Source of the DNA: Octopus sinensis
Lineage: Eukaryota
Direction of reading: 5' to 3'
Assembly: GCF_006345805.1 (NCBI RefSeq)
Contig: NC_043006.1
Location: 74,400,001-74,464,000, forward strand
Length of the DNA stretch: 64,000 bases
This document shows positions 27,610 to 40,376 of the stretch, in pieces; position 1 is the stretch's first letter, and each line of letters opens with the position of its first letter. The position numbers and the translations under genes were made by a program. Under the pieces are notes generated by a model that was not told the origin of the DNA, did not search any database, and saw nothing but the letters and a program-made list of their open reading frames with translations.

Positions 27610-27908
27610 GAGGCGCAATGGCCTAGTGGTTAGGGCAGCGGACTCGCGGTCGTAGGATCGCGGTTTCGATTCCCAGACCGGGCGTTGTGAGTGTTTATTG
27701 AGCGAAAATACCTAAAGCTCAACGAGGCTCCGGTAGGGGGGGTGGCGACCCCTGCTGTACTCTTTCGCCACAACTCTCTCTCACTCTTTCTTCTGTTGGC
27801 CTGCTCGCTTAGCCAGCGGGGTGGCGTCATTCGAAGGCTAAAACAATGCGAAGCGCATTGTGACCAGCGATGTGTAACTACATCTGATGGTCTGGTCGGT
27901 CACGTGAT

Positions 27909-27909
<1 letters not shown>
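27609..27909 (+). mobile_element. SINE family B (OR-like), tail type 1
   Basis: Full tRNA-like head GGAGGCGCAATGGCCTAGTGG..GGTTTCGATTCCC and the shared body. It lies between (GT)n and (TA)n. Confidence 0.88.
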
Positions 27910-27942
<33 letters not shown>

Positions 27943-27945
<3 letters not shown>

Positions 27946-28145
27946 TCGTTTGGGATTTGGTTTGCAAGATTCTTTATATGAGTTCGTGTGTTGAAGCATA
28001 TTCTGTTGTGTCTGGGGAGAGTCATTCTCTTTTGGTGCCTTATTATTTAACACACTCACCGGTAAAATTTCCACTTATTTCTTATTTTTTTATTTTCTAA
28101 AATAAAGTCAAGACTACTGAAAAGGTTGCAAGACGCAACGAAAAT
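27943..28145. mobile_element. PLE-like tail (minus) plus the start of an inverted HHR-like arm; same family as 12241-12588
   Basis: Shares GGGGAGAGTCATTCTCTTTT..TTATTTAACACACTCACCGG with the 12.3 kb palindrome. 28114-28145 reads CUA-CUGAAAAG-GUUGC-AAGAC-GCAAC-GAAAAU. Confidence 0.6.
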
Positions 28146-28149
28146 ATAT

Positions 28150-28461
28150 CTCGCTTGTTGACAAATGTGTGTATACATCTGGATCAGCTCGCAGTGAGAT
28201 AACATTTTGAAGCAGCTTTCAAGTACCTTGACTGAGAGATGTTAACAATTCGGAGTAGCGCCGAATAGCGCTTCCAGTCATTGCACGGTAACTGGAAAAG
28301 CATAAGAAAGGTAATCTCTTAATTCAGCTCGCGGGTGTCGTCTGCTCAGTGTCTGTGACCGATGAGGAGACAACTCCTCATCAATGTTAACATCTCACAG
28401 TCTAGTTAGGTAGCGCTGCGAGCTGTTCTAGGTGTATACACACCATTTGTCAACAAGTGAG
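28150..28461. mobile_element. MITE with ~45 bp terminal inverted repeats
   Basis: CTCGCTTGTTGACAAATGTGTGTATACATCTGGATCAGCTCGCAG versus CTGCGAGCTGTTCTAGGTGTATACACACCATTTGTCAACAAGTGAG. ATATAT flanks both sides. There is an additional internal IR (GAGATGTTAACA/TGTTAACATCTC). Confidence 0.75.
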
Positions 28462-30581
28462 ATATATTCTCCGTGACAAAATGCAGGGAGTAGCTTGTTC
28501 CCCGGTATGAACTTGCATCAAACATATTCGGACTTTTGATAACATTGCAGTCTAAAATAATTATTTCTTATAGTGTGTTTGACTATCAAAATAGTCAACA
28601 ACATCAAAAAAGAAAAAGCTGTACTGCTTATCATAACCAATAATGTTTCATATAAATTATTCTATAACTTGAAGTTGATATTGTGCATTTTGTCGTCATA
28701 AGTTTTTAAGTCAATCTTTAAATGTCGCGCGAACACACTCATAGTACAATTTGTTTTGCTTAGTGTATTTTTGATATGTGATCTCACTACACAATAGAAA
28801 TTGCCCGGATCACTTGGGTGTCGCTCACATTGTTTATGCTGTATTCAGTTGTATCTTGCATGTTTTAGAGACTCTGTAGTCTTGACACTTATTTCAGAAA
28901 AGCTATAATCAAATGTAAATAGGTGCAACTTTGTACATTGTAAAGTCATGAATGTAAGCGGTTAATAAACTCTCTGCTTATCTCAATCAGTTGAGTTCAA
29001 TTTCTAACTTAAGTATTATGTGGAATGTATTGTATGAGAATTTAGTCATTACTAATATTTTTCATTACTAATGTCATTATCTCATCGATAAGGCAATTAA
29101 TCCAGAGTGGTGGGTGAGTAAAAATACACAATATTGATAGCAATGCTATATTTGTTCCATGCGTTTACGCTTAAAGTCCGTTGTTTGAAAGCTAAAAGAG
29201 ATAAGCTTTAGAGAATAAAGAGTCGATAATGAAAAAGCAAGCAGGATACACATGTTAATTCACACTCCATAAAATTAATACTACGCACAAACAGCGTTGA
29301 CAACAGGCTACTCAATGTTTCAGATCGGTACTAAATTGTGGGGCTCCTTCTCCCATTTATACAATGTACGTTCTATTTTTTCTTATTTTTCTACAACACC
29401 GTTCAGCTAACATCTTCACTATACCTACTGGGAAAAGCTGTTGGAAAAGTAAAGTTAATTTACTGACAAGAAATCTATAGTTTGTTAGTAATGTAATAAT
29501 ACACATCACTGAATATAGATGTTAACAGGCAAAATTTGAAATATTTCATTACATACAATGTGGCAAGGCCCATATCACAACAAGAGCCTCTTGAGTATGT
29601 ACGTACCAGCCTTTGTCTTCCATTTATCTTTGTTCCACGTATGACGTTACCAGCTATTCTTTTTTTTTTTTAAGTTTTCATGTTTTCAGTTGGATGGAAA
29701 TATTTGGCTTAAACATTTTTTTCATGGTACTTCTGACTTTAGACTTCTCCTTCCCATGCTATCTTTTGTTTGGCTAATGTGCTGTATCAATTCTGTACTC
29801 AATCCAAATTTCTCGATTATAAGAGTACTCTACTATATTTAGAAGAATGAAAAAGATCTGACCATTGTCACAATTTGTAATTAATGAATAGATGGATTAG
29901 TAAAAATACTTTTGTTGGCGATACAGGTACATCATTAGAATATAAACTGCCCCTCCAGTCCGCTGATAATTAGTTGTAACTTTACTGCCTACGATTCGTC
30001 AGTTTTATTAGGAAAGTTTTCGTTACATCTTATTACGTGTACACCAGCTCTTTACATGCTGATGTCAACTTTACATCCGGTGTACCAGTATAACACTGTA
30101 GTTTATTGTATCGACGGACCATTTCCCCTCAAAATTGTTGACCATGTGCCTAAATCAGAAACCATATAAGGATGCTAAGCCAGCAGACTCGTTAGTGTGT
30201 CGGAAAATATATTGCGATATATTTTTTGGACCTGTATATTCAACGTTCAAATCCCATAGAACGCGACTTAGCTTTTCATTTTTTCAAATAAGATGAAGTA
30301 CAAGTGAAGTAATGTGGTCGCTGGTATCGACATCGACTAATTCACCCCCCTCCTCAACAGCTGCTCTTCTGCCTAAACCAGACACAATTATCATACGCAC
30401 AACTGGTTCTTTGCATTCTGACTTCAAATTTCCCCTGGTCAGCTTTGCTTCACAATCGTTCGAATCGATGTAATAAAGTACCAATTTAGTACAGGAAGTG
30501 ATGGCACCGGATAACTTTCGCGTCCCTCAAAATTTCTTGTTTTCATACAAAAATCGGAAAGCATTATTACAAATGCAGAAA

Positions 30582-30800
30582 AAGGCGGCGAACTGCAGAC
30601 ACGTTAGCACATCACGCAAAACGCGCAGTGGCATTTCGTCTGTCTTTTCTTTCTAAGTTCAAATTCTGCCGAGGTCGTCTTTGCCTTTCATCCTTTCAGA
30701 ATCGGCAAAATAAGTAACAGTTAAACACTGGTGCCGATGTAAACATTTAGCCCCCTCCACCAAAAGTCCAGACCTTGTGGCTATAGAGAAAAGAATGATT
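30582..30800 (+). mobile_element. SINE family D
   Basis: AAGGCGGCGAACTGCAGA..GTTCAAATTCTGCCGAGGTCG..GCCTTTCATCCTTTC. Further degenerate copies at ~9250-9410, 30170-30350, 31270-31445, 31690-31858, 58434-58700 and 59743-60152. Confidence 0.75.
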
Positions 30801-31032
30801 ACATGCGTGGAATGGCAAAATAAAAACAAAAACTTCACTTTTGTATTATTTCTCTATAAGCAATATCGATGTTATTGCAAAAATATTACAATATGATTGT
30901 CAAATCAATTGCTATTATGCATCGATTGACAACTGTCTGGTATTAGCTTGATGTCTAGATTTGTAATAAATGCTCTCTCACTCTCTCTCCCTCTCTCTTG
31001 CATCCAAGAATATTCTAGATCAGGAATGAATG

Positions 31033-31580
31033 TTACTCTATTGCGTTTGGACAAACATCCTTAAACATGTCTTCAATTAAACACGAGCGAAATATCCGCA
31101 GTTTGTCATGCGTCGCAGATATGAAATATCTTATAAACTGTCGAATCTTTCGGGGAATGGATTAACTTTCATTCGTCAAATAATAAACTTAAATATTAAT
31201 GATGATGATGACGACGACGACGAAGACGACGATAATGATGATGATGATGATGATAGTAGTAGTCATTGGTGCGTCGAAACGTACAAAATGCTTAGCAGCA
31301 TTTCATCTGTCTTTACGTTCTAAGATCAAATTCCGGCGAGGTCAACTTTGTCTTTCATCCTGTCGGAGTCGGTAAAAGAAATACCAGTTAAGCACAGGGG
31401 TCGATACAATCGACTAGTACCCGGCCTCCAAATTTCAGGCCTCGTCATCGTAGTTTATCCTTTGCTAAATGAAAGTTAATCCATTCACTGAAACATTCAA
31501 GAATTTATAAGATATTTCATATCCGCGACGTATGGCAATCTGCAGATATTTTACGATATTTGTCCGAAGGCAATAGAATG
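31033..31580. mobile_element. Old foldback/MITE-like inverted repeat split by (GAT)n and a SINE D fragment
   Basis: GATATGAAATATCTTATAAA..GAATGGATTAACTTTCATT (31118-31173) is reverse-complemented at ~31468-31523, and the outer arms CTATTGC..GGACAAA/TTTGTCC..GCAATAG also match. Confidence 0.65.
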
Positions 31581-31947
31581 GTTTAGATAGATAAATGTAT
31601 ATGTATGTTGCTTGATAAATTCGTTTTTTTATACCCTTTCATTTTCATCCTCATTTTACAGGAAATTTTTTAAAAAATCAGTCAGTAATATATTTTGTCT
31701 GTCTTTATGTTCTGAGTTCAAATTCCGCCGAGGTCGACTTTGACTTTCAACCTTTCGGAATCGATAAATTAAGTACCGGTTGCGTACTGGAGTCGATCTA
31801 ATCGCTTGGCCTCTTCCCACAAAACTTCAGGCCTTGTACCTAGAGTAGAAAAGAATATTGGAAAGAAGTGAATGCATTTACTTGAGAAGTACATTTGATG
31901 GGAAAATTATCGGGCACAACTCCACCTGCATGCCAGAATGTATTCTT

Positions 31948-32126
31948 ACATACATACATACATACATACATACATGCATACACACATACATACATACATA
32001 CATACATACATACATACATACACATACATACATACATACATACACATACATATATATCGACAGACAGGCAGGTGGGTACTCGGACAGATAGACAGATAGA
32101 TAGCTCGATAGCTCGGACAGACAGAC

Positions 32127-32167
<41 letters not shown>

Positions 32168-32264
32168 TATATATATATATATGATAGACAGATAGATAGA
32201 CACAGATAAATAGATAGATAGATAGACAAATAAATAGACAGACAGACGGATAGATAGATAGATT

Positions 32265-32318
<54 letters not shown>

Positions 32319-32407
32319 CAGGCAGACAGACGGATAGATAGATAGACAGACGGATAGATAGATAGCTAGACAGACGGACGGATAAATAGATAGATAGACA
32401 GACAGAC

Positions 32408-32439
<32 letters not shown>

Positions 32440-32440
32440 G

Positions 32441-32504
<64 letters not shown>

Positions 32505-32601
32505 TACAGACAGACAGACAGACAGACAGACAGACGGATAGATAGATAGCTAGACAGACGGATAGATAGATAGCTAGACAGATAGATAGATAGACAGATA
32601 G

Positions 32602-32678
<77 letters not shown>
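31948..32678. repeat. Compound (TACA)n/(TA)n/(GATA)n/(GACA)n microsatellite
   Basis: Direct inspection. Confidence 0.95.
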
Positions 32679-32679
<1 letters not shown>

Positions 32680-33965
32680 GTGAATACGCTCAAGTTTTCC
32701 TAATGAACGTGTTCATTGTCTCTATAAGTTAAAGTGTTGTAAGCTTAAAACGTTACTTTGTTTCCAAAAGACTATCAGGAAAGGATTTAAAAGCCGCCTT
32801 TCTTTTTATTTCATACACATAAACATATGCAACACACACACGCACTCACGCACGCACTCACGCACACACTCACACACACACACGTAAATCTATACACACG
32901 CACTCACTCACACACACACACGTAAATCTATACACACGCACGTACACACCAAGGCAAATATATTCATACAAACATTGCATTTATGGTAAGAGGAAAATTA
33001 ATCCTAACATTTTCTTCTTGTTATTCTGGATCAGACACAAGTGTTCACTAAAAGATTAGAAGAAATTGGTCTAATCTTTTGTTTTATGCTTTAATTAATT
33101 TCATCATTAATTAATTGGTGTACACGAGATACGCTGGAGAAATAAAAACATTTCACTGAAAATCTATGAAATATATCATTCAATGGTTTTATTCATTAAT
33201 TAGTAATACGAACCAGAACGAAACATCTGCGTTATTAAAAATTATTAATAGATTCCATAGTATGTATGAAAGGTTTCGTCTCAAATTTTATTACGCAAAT
33301 ATAATTAAATTTCTCAACAGTTTAAAACGAATATATTGCATTCTCTAGATATCTGAAAAACAAGTGTACGCTTTGTGTGTATTTTAAAAGAGTCAACTGG
33401 AGATATTTTATACAAATGATTTTTTACTATCTATTCAATATTTAAGATGGTTTTGTCATAGTTCATTCATGTAGCTGAGATTGAGTTTTCGAAATTGTAC
33501 GTATTGCGATGAAGACAAAAAAACAGAGCACATAATATTGTAACGATCAAATAATTATACATTGAATAGCAACGTCACTGGATATATATGTGTGTACGTG
33601 TGTGTGTATATAGAAACATACAATGCTTTGGCAAATGCACGGTGTACCACGCGTCAGGTGTCGGAGTGATCGCAGAGCAACTTGACATTAACTGTTTTGC
33701 TCAAGGACAGGACGCATCACCCAGTCTAGGAATTGAATCACGATTTATTTTAGGATAAATAAAAACATTTCACTGAAAATGTTTAAAAAAGATTCAAAGT
33801 TCTGCAAAAATCCGGTACAAATTCTTCGGGTCTCGAAACGGTGCTTACTTTCTACTCAACCTGATATATATCGAACTCAAACTAATACCTCCTTGTTGTT
33901 TATACATCTCTCTTTGTTTTTCTGTAAATTTCAACTATATATATATATATATATATATATATTCA

Positions 33966-34043
33966 GCGGTACATATGTTTCGGGCCTTTATTAGACGGAT
34001 TTATAACAATGCATAATGTGTGTCTATGGCCTTCTTCAGCCGC
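33966..34043 (-). ncRNA. Type-I hammerhead ribozyme motif
   Basis: Reverse-complement copy of 35246-35323. Confidence 0.78.
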
Positions 34044-34300
34044 GTACAATTACTACTTCAAGGACATGTATTACATTATAAGTTTTACGTTGGGGATGCA
34101 AATCTTCACAGACGCGTGCGACAGGGTGGGGCACCAGCACAAAAACGAAGCGTCCATCTCGTCTCTCACTAGATGTAGAATGAGGAAGTTACGCCCGTAG
34201 GCTTCTACAACCGGAACATGTCATCTTTCTGACCATCTTGTTAGTTCTTAACCCCTTTACATCCCTTATCCTTACATTTAAAAAATATTTTTTAAATATT

Positions 34301-34712
34301 TTACTCTTTCTCTTTACTCTTTTTACTTGTTTCAGTCATTTGACTGCGGCCATGCTGGAGCACCGCCTTTAGTCGAGCAACTCGACCCCGGGACTTATTC
34401 TTTGTAAGCCCAGTACTTATTCTATCGGTCTCTTTTGCCGAACCGCTAAGTGACGGGGACGTAAACACACCAGCATCGGTTGTCAAGCAATGCTAAGGGA
34501 ACAAACACAGACACACAAACATATTCACACACACTTATATATATATATACATATATACGACAGGCTTCTTTCAGTTTCCGTCTACCAAATCCACTCACAA
34601 GGCATTGGTCGGCCCGAGGCTATAGCAGAAGACACTTGCCCAAGATGCCACGCAGTGGGACTGAACCCGGAACCATGTGGTTGGTTAGCAAGCTACTTAC
34701 CAAACAGCCACT
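34301..34712 (-). mobile_element. SINE family A, near full length, nested in the IR element
   Basis: Reverse complement of the family A head, body and GAGTAAA tail. Confidence 0.88.
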
Positions 34713-35245
34713 TTTTATATTTTTTTATCTTCCGTCCTTAGTTCTCGCTTCTTTATCTTTATCTCTATTTATTTATAATACCGTGTTTTTTCACGTCTGT
34801 GTGTATTTATATATTTATTTATTTATTTATATATTTATTTATTTATTTATATATTTATATATTGATTTATATATTTATATACTTAGATACACTTTTTATA
34901 TCCTTATATATTTTTTTATATTTTTATATTTTTTTATAATCTTGTATCTTTTATATATATTTTTAAAATTTTTACTCTTGATATTTTGAAATTTTTGCTC
35001 TTTTACTACCTTTTGCACCCACCACCCTCCCTCTTTGTGATCCCTAACTCACTAAAGATTCAACCCCCCAACCCCTTCCCTCTCTATCTCAACATCCAAA
35101 CTTCCTCATTCTACATTGAGTGAGAGACGAGATGGACGCTTCGTTTTTGTGCTGGTGCCCCACCCTGTCGCACGTGACTGTGAAGATTTGTATCCCCAAC
35201 GTAAAACTTATAATGCAATACATGTCCTTGAAGTAGTAATTGTAC

Positions 35246-35323
35246 GCGGCTGAAGAAGGCCATAGACACACATTATGCATTGTTATAAATCCGTCTAATA
35301 AAGGCCCGAAACATATGTACCGC
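35246..35323 (+). ncRNA. Type-I hammerhead ribozyme motif
   Basis: GCGG-CUGAAGA-AGGCC(AUAGAC..GUCUA)..GGCCC-GAAAC-AUAU-GUA-CCGC: perfect stem I, palindromic stem III ACAUAUGU and GUA triplet. Confidence 0.8.
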
Positions 35324-35454
35324 TGAATCCTTGGCATCATGTTTTTATTTTGATTAATATACTCTACCACCTACACCACTAAATGGTAGGTATATACAGA
35401 TGCTTACAATTATCAAGTATTCACCCTGAATTTTTATATATATATATATATATA

Positions 35455-35840
35455 GGCGTAGGAGTGGCTGTGTGGTAATTAGCTTGCTTACTAACCACAT
35501 GGTTCCACTGCGTGGCAGCTTGAGCAAGTGTCTTCTACTATAGCCTCGGGCCGACCAAAGCCTTATGATTAGATTTGGTAGACGGAAACTAAAAGAAGCC
35601 GGTCATATATATGTATGTGTGTGTATATGTTTGTGTGTCTGTGTTTGTCGCCACAATATCGCTTGACAACATATTCTGGTGTGTTTACGTTCCCGTAAAT
35701 TAGCGGTTCGGCAAAAGACACCGATAGAATAAGTATTAGGCTTATAAAAAATAAGTCCTGGCGTTGATTTACTCGACTAAAGGCGGTACTCCAGCATGGC
35801 CAGAGTCACATGACCGAAACAAGTAAAAGAGTAAAGAGTA
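35455..35840 (+). mobile_element. SINE family A
   Basis: GGCGTAGGAGTGGCTGTGTGG head through the AAGTAAAAGAGTAAAGAG tail. Confidence 0.88.
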
Positions 35841-36125
35841 AATATATATATATACAAGATAAGAAAATGGAGAAATACATCTAAATCAAATATCAATTAC
35901 CAGATAATACTCAATCACATACTTTATTAAACCACCAAATAAGAGACTGTAGGGTTAAATATAAGAAGCAGAACAAATCAGTGTACATAAAGGAATGTAC
36001 ATAAAAAAGTGTACATAAAAGAGTAATGTTGTATAATAAGTAGAATATATGTAAAAGAGAATATAAATATAAGTAAATATAAATATAAGTATAGATTAGT
36101 TGCATTTACAACCCCTATCTCAATT

Positions 36126-36158
<33 letters not shown>

Positions 36159-36688
36159 CAAGATGTTCAGGTTTCTCGAAAAATGTTTATAGCAGGGTTT
36201 CTTAATAAAGTAATACTGTAATTTTGAACAAGCATAATATTACGAAAAATATCAGGTCTGATAAAAATTTCATTTTGTGAACGACGTCAGACTACTTTTA
36301 CTTTTGATTAACAAAAAAAAATTACACATGATCTTGTTTAAAATATAATATAATCGCAATAAAAATAATGTCCATGATAAACAGCGTGTTTTTGTTTAAA
36401 TAATCAAACACTGTTTTAATCACAAAAGACTTAAAAACTCAGTATCTTAATAGTTTCGTGTCTCAAAATTTTCCATCATATTTGTTATTGTTGGTTTTTT
36501 TTTTTGGCAGCGAAGAAAGCAATAAAAATGTTCATTTTCAAAATTTTCTTATTTCTCAGTAAATTTAGTCAAAATACGTCTCAGTAGCTTAAGACAACGC
36601 TAAATTAGATTATGTTCCTTGCTGCTTCGAATAGAGACCTTCTAATGAACCTACCCTCAGGTTGATCAATTATGAGAATTACTTGCAT

Positions 36689-36722
<34 letters not shown>

Positions 36723-36852
36723 ATATATATATCCACATATATACATATCAATGAGCAATGCATTTACGTTATTCAGCAAGATCATCATAAAATACTTTGA
36801 AATTCCTTAACTTATAGTAATGTCTTCCAGTTAGATAATTAACTTGGTTCAG

Positions 36853-36919
<67 letters not shown>

Positions 36920-36925
36920 TAATAA

Positions 36926-37502
36926 TACCCTGATGCAGTGAATGCCCTGATGCAGTACCTGGCAATGGCTCTCATGGCTTCTGATCTTAACTGATTGGAA
37001 GTGTTATCATGTACATTGTTTTGTCTTGGTATAAAAAAGATGGGCTGCAGCAAATATTCTTCTCAATACCACAGATTTCCTTATTGGTTGTTTGACCGTA
37101 ACCAGTTGAGCATGTCCTTTGGTGGGTGACGATATGTTTATATCTGATCATAAGCAGAAGTAGTGGGGAAGCATCATAGCCATGTTTTGAGAGAGATTCT
37201 TTAGAGTTTGAATAATTCACCATTGGAAACATGAGTGCTTTGCTCAACATCCTTAAACAAACCTTATTCACATACCTTTTGAGTGGGAAGGGCTACTCGA
37301 CCAGAAGAAAATTCTAACTGAGCCCCACCTGCGAGGTCATGCGCTGTTTATCTTGATATGAGATCACCATGTCACGCACATATGGTCGTGATGCATGTAC
37401 CTGGTGTACCCTTATCAGACGGGTAGTCATGATGGGTATAATGGGCTTTGTATATTTTACCACTCCAGTGACACTTTGATAGCATGCACTGCTCTCTCAC
37501 TC
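36926..37502. mobile_element. ~580 bp non-coding insertion within an (AAT)n microsatellite
   Basis: A complex-sequence block is flanked immediately by (AAT)n at 36855-36926 and 37503-37556. It starts with a duplicated AAT(A/G)CCCTGATGCAGT. Confidence 0.55.
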
Positions 37503-37565
37503 AATAATAATGATTATGATAATAATAATAATAACAACAACAATAATAATAATAATGATGATGAT

Positions 37566-37800
37566 GTTTCCTTTATTGGGCAGGAAGTCCTAACACAAAA
37601 CAAAAAGGGACAAACCAACACAAGGGAAAAATGGGGCTGAGCACAAAGCTTCATATACAATATTGAAACAAGAAAAATTAACAACGAAAATCAACAATAA
37701 AATTCCCAGATTGGGGAGTTCTACAAAGGGACAATCGAGGAATCCCACTCATCGTGGTCATTCCGCCCGCCAGGGGCACCTCAGTAGGTACCTCTCTTCT
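37566..37800 (-). mobile_element. Probable LINE 3' end (L1/Tx1-like tail)
   Basis: The minus strand ends ..TTTGTCCCTTTTTGTTTTGTGTTAGGACTTCCTGCCCAATAAAGGAAAC, loosely similar to the ..TGTCCCCTCTATGTTTAGC..CAATAAAG tails at 23170-23230 and 46828-46885. Confidence 0.4.
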
Positions 37801-38685
37801 TCTCAGCTACTCCTCTGGCTTACATATATATATATACATATATTGCAAGGGTTTTTCTTTTTTCTTTCGTAAGGGGAATAAAACTATCACTAGGCTAATC
37901 TCTTACATGATTGATTGTTTGTTTGTATGGCAAGTGATTAAATCTTTTTTACAAGGCATAAATAATCAGTATATATAAAAATAGAATTAGAAACATTGAT
38001 TATCAATTACAATATGAGTGCAAATCACTGTAATATATAAGAGCGTGCCATATCTCTATTTAATTTCGTGTACAATATTATTGTTGCAATGGTATCATAT
38101 AAATATATAACCAGCCAATGAGTAAATGTCAAGCTTGGGTCTCTGATGTAAGAGGCTGAATCAAAATATAGAAAATCATTAGCTGATACCTAATCCATTC
38201 AATATACAACTGTAGAAAAATGTGATTAACTGAAGAAGCTTTATTAGCAATGATCGATATACTGATACAGTAGTATACCGAGGGATATATTTGATGTTAA
38301 ACGTTGAGCAATTTGAAGGCCACCGATAACAATGGTATTATCAATGCCTTTGTGACTTACAGTTAAGAATATGAATAACGGGTCAATAATGCTATCATTA
38401 TGTTCAGATGATGAAACCAAACCGTCCTTGCAATTCTTTTGGATTTGGAACTATCGGATCAATAAAAAAAGAAAAACTTTAATAACAAGAATTATAACCA
38501 TACACAGCTGTGGCTTACCACAGCAGATATCTGTCAGAAAATTTATTCCATATTTACACTACACAAATATATACATACATACGTCTGTACATAATCAATA
38601 ATATCAGGGTAATAAAGATTTTAGAAATTTTTACTACCAGTGGACTAGAGTATAGAAAAATTAGTCAATAGACTATATATTATTC

Positions 38686-38869
38686 ATATAAAAGACAGTG
38701 TACATTTGAACACATTAACAGGTTTCCATCACAGGAATCCCTTACGCTAGAAAGAACAGCTAAAATCCAAACCATTAAGTGGTGTGGACTTTAGCTGTTC
38801 TTTCTAGCGTAAGGGATTCATATGATGGAAACCTCTTAATGTGTTTAAATATACACTGTATTTTATATA
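38686..38869. repeat. ~184 bp near-perfect palindrome (hairpin)
   Basis: GAATCCCTTACGCTAGAAAGAACAGCTAAA and TTTAGCTGTTCTTTCTAGCGTAAGGGATTC are exact reverse complements. Pairing extends outward to TATATAAAA/TTTTATATA, with a tiny loop near 38776. Confidence 0.9.
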
Positions 38870-40127
38870 TGTATGTGTGTATGTATGTATGTATGTATGT
38901 AAGTATGTATGTATGTATGTATGTAAGTATGTATGTATGTATGTATATATGTATGTATGTATGTATGTATGACACTGAAATACACTTTGTTGGAGACAGA
39001 ACGCTTAATGAAACCATCGGGAATGAGGGACCAGAAAATGTAAACAGTTTTTTTTCTGAGTGAGATTCTCTGATGTAAAAATAGCGGTTTCACGGGAATT
39101 TTGGTATTCTCACTTCGGTGAGTCTACCGCTATAATTCAATGGCGGAAAAATGTCTCTTAATGGTTCCTTTATTTGTCATTCCATCTACTGAAAATCCTA
39201 TCGTGATGGAAGAGTGGTGATGCGTACAGAACTAAGCCGTTGGAAATGCATATTAGGTTACAACCACCTATGCTTCAAATCATGCAGATGCATGCAACTG
39301 CACCGAATAGTCAACTGGGAAGTCATGGACAGAGAAGAGAGAAATGCCTTTGACAAGGAGGAATCTCAAGGGAGCGGTATTCATATGTAAAAATGAAGCA
39401 ATCACCATATATATTTGTGTGTATATATGTACACACATACATATACATGCATACATAATACATGCACGTGCGGGAATGTGAGAATGCATATATATATATG
39501 TATGTATTAGAGAGAAAGAAAAAAAGAAATGAGAAAAAAAACATACAAAAATGGTAAGAAAATTATTCTTCGTTAAACCATTCTAATGAGTTCGATTGTC
39601 TGAGTAACATCCAATGTGTATGTCCGTTTGTATGTGCATCCAATTTGGAAAGTGATATATATCAGTTGATATTATATCGGGCTCACAGTCGTGATGTTGT
39701 GTGTTCGATTTACCTTTTATTCTTTATAATTTGGAAAACATATACATCGATCTTGACTGTAAGAAAATTAAATGAGAAATAAACGAATAGATTTTACAAA
39801 ACCCTCAATACTAAGTGTAACCTCTCTCAGAGGAATGTGTAAGAATAATATCGGTTTATATAAATAGACAGGTGAGCACAAAGAAAGACCTTAGGGTGAA
39901 TGAATTCGAATAATATGTGAAATAAGGTACCCCTTATGGACTACAATGCAGAAAGAACATATTTCCTTTAGAGATAGAACGTAGTAAAATGGATGTTCAA
40001 CCGGTGAAATGTTGCATGCCTCATGTCATTATTTTGTCACTTTTCCACTTCTTCGTAACCATTCGGCACAATTCATTATACAACTAGTGGCAGGGGTGTT
40101 ATAAACTACACAGACGAAATGCAACAA

Positions 40128-40376
40128 TACAGTAATTCCTCGCTATACGAGTTAATTTATTCGCGAATACACGTAAAGCAGAGCAATAATTTCCCATAGT
40201 AGCAATGAAATTTTACTCCAACGCCGTACAGACGCGTCAGAATTAATGTTGCCACATGTTGCAACGTTGCCTCACACTCAAAATGTCTGTTTAACCTTTT
40301 TATATTTATTATAAAATAAAACTTGTAAACCTCGGATCTCGTAAAGCGAGTCCTCGTAAAATGAGGTATTACTGTA
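40128..40376. mobile_element. pogo/Tigger-like MITE
   Basis: TA|CAGTAATTCCTCGCTATACGAG ... CTCGTAAAATGAGGTATTACTG|TA: imperfect TIRs beginning CAGT with a TA target duplication. Confidence 0.75.

Larger units (their letters stand above)
33961..35435. mobile_element. Non-coding PLE-derived element with inverted HHR-bearing repeats, embedded in (TA)n
   Basis: 230 bp inverted repeats at 33961-34190 and 35099-35328 (duplicated ORFs 34009+ and 35089-). The right arm has a ~105 bp extra tail. (TA)n lies on both sides. The interior is non-coding and holds a SINE. Confidence 0.8.

Noticed and set aside
27609-27680. tRNA-like sequences at SINE heads
   Set aside because: They continue into shared SINE bodies and lack proper acceptor stems, so they are not functional tRNA genes.
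39000-39240. Faint resemblance to a Helitron Rep motif (FGE..IQWRK)
   Set aside because: Too degenerate to call by eye.
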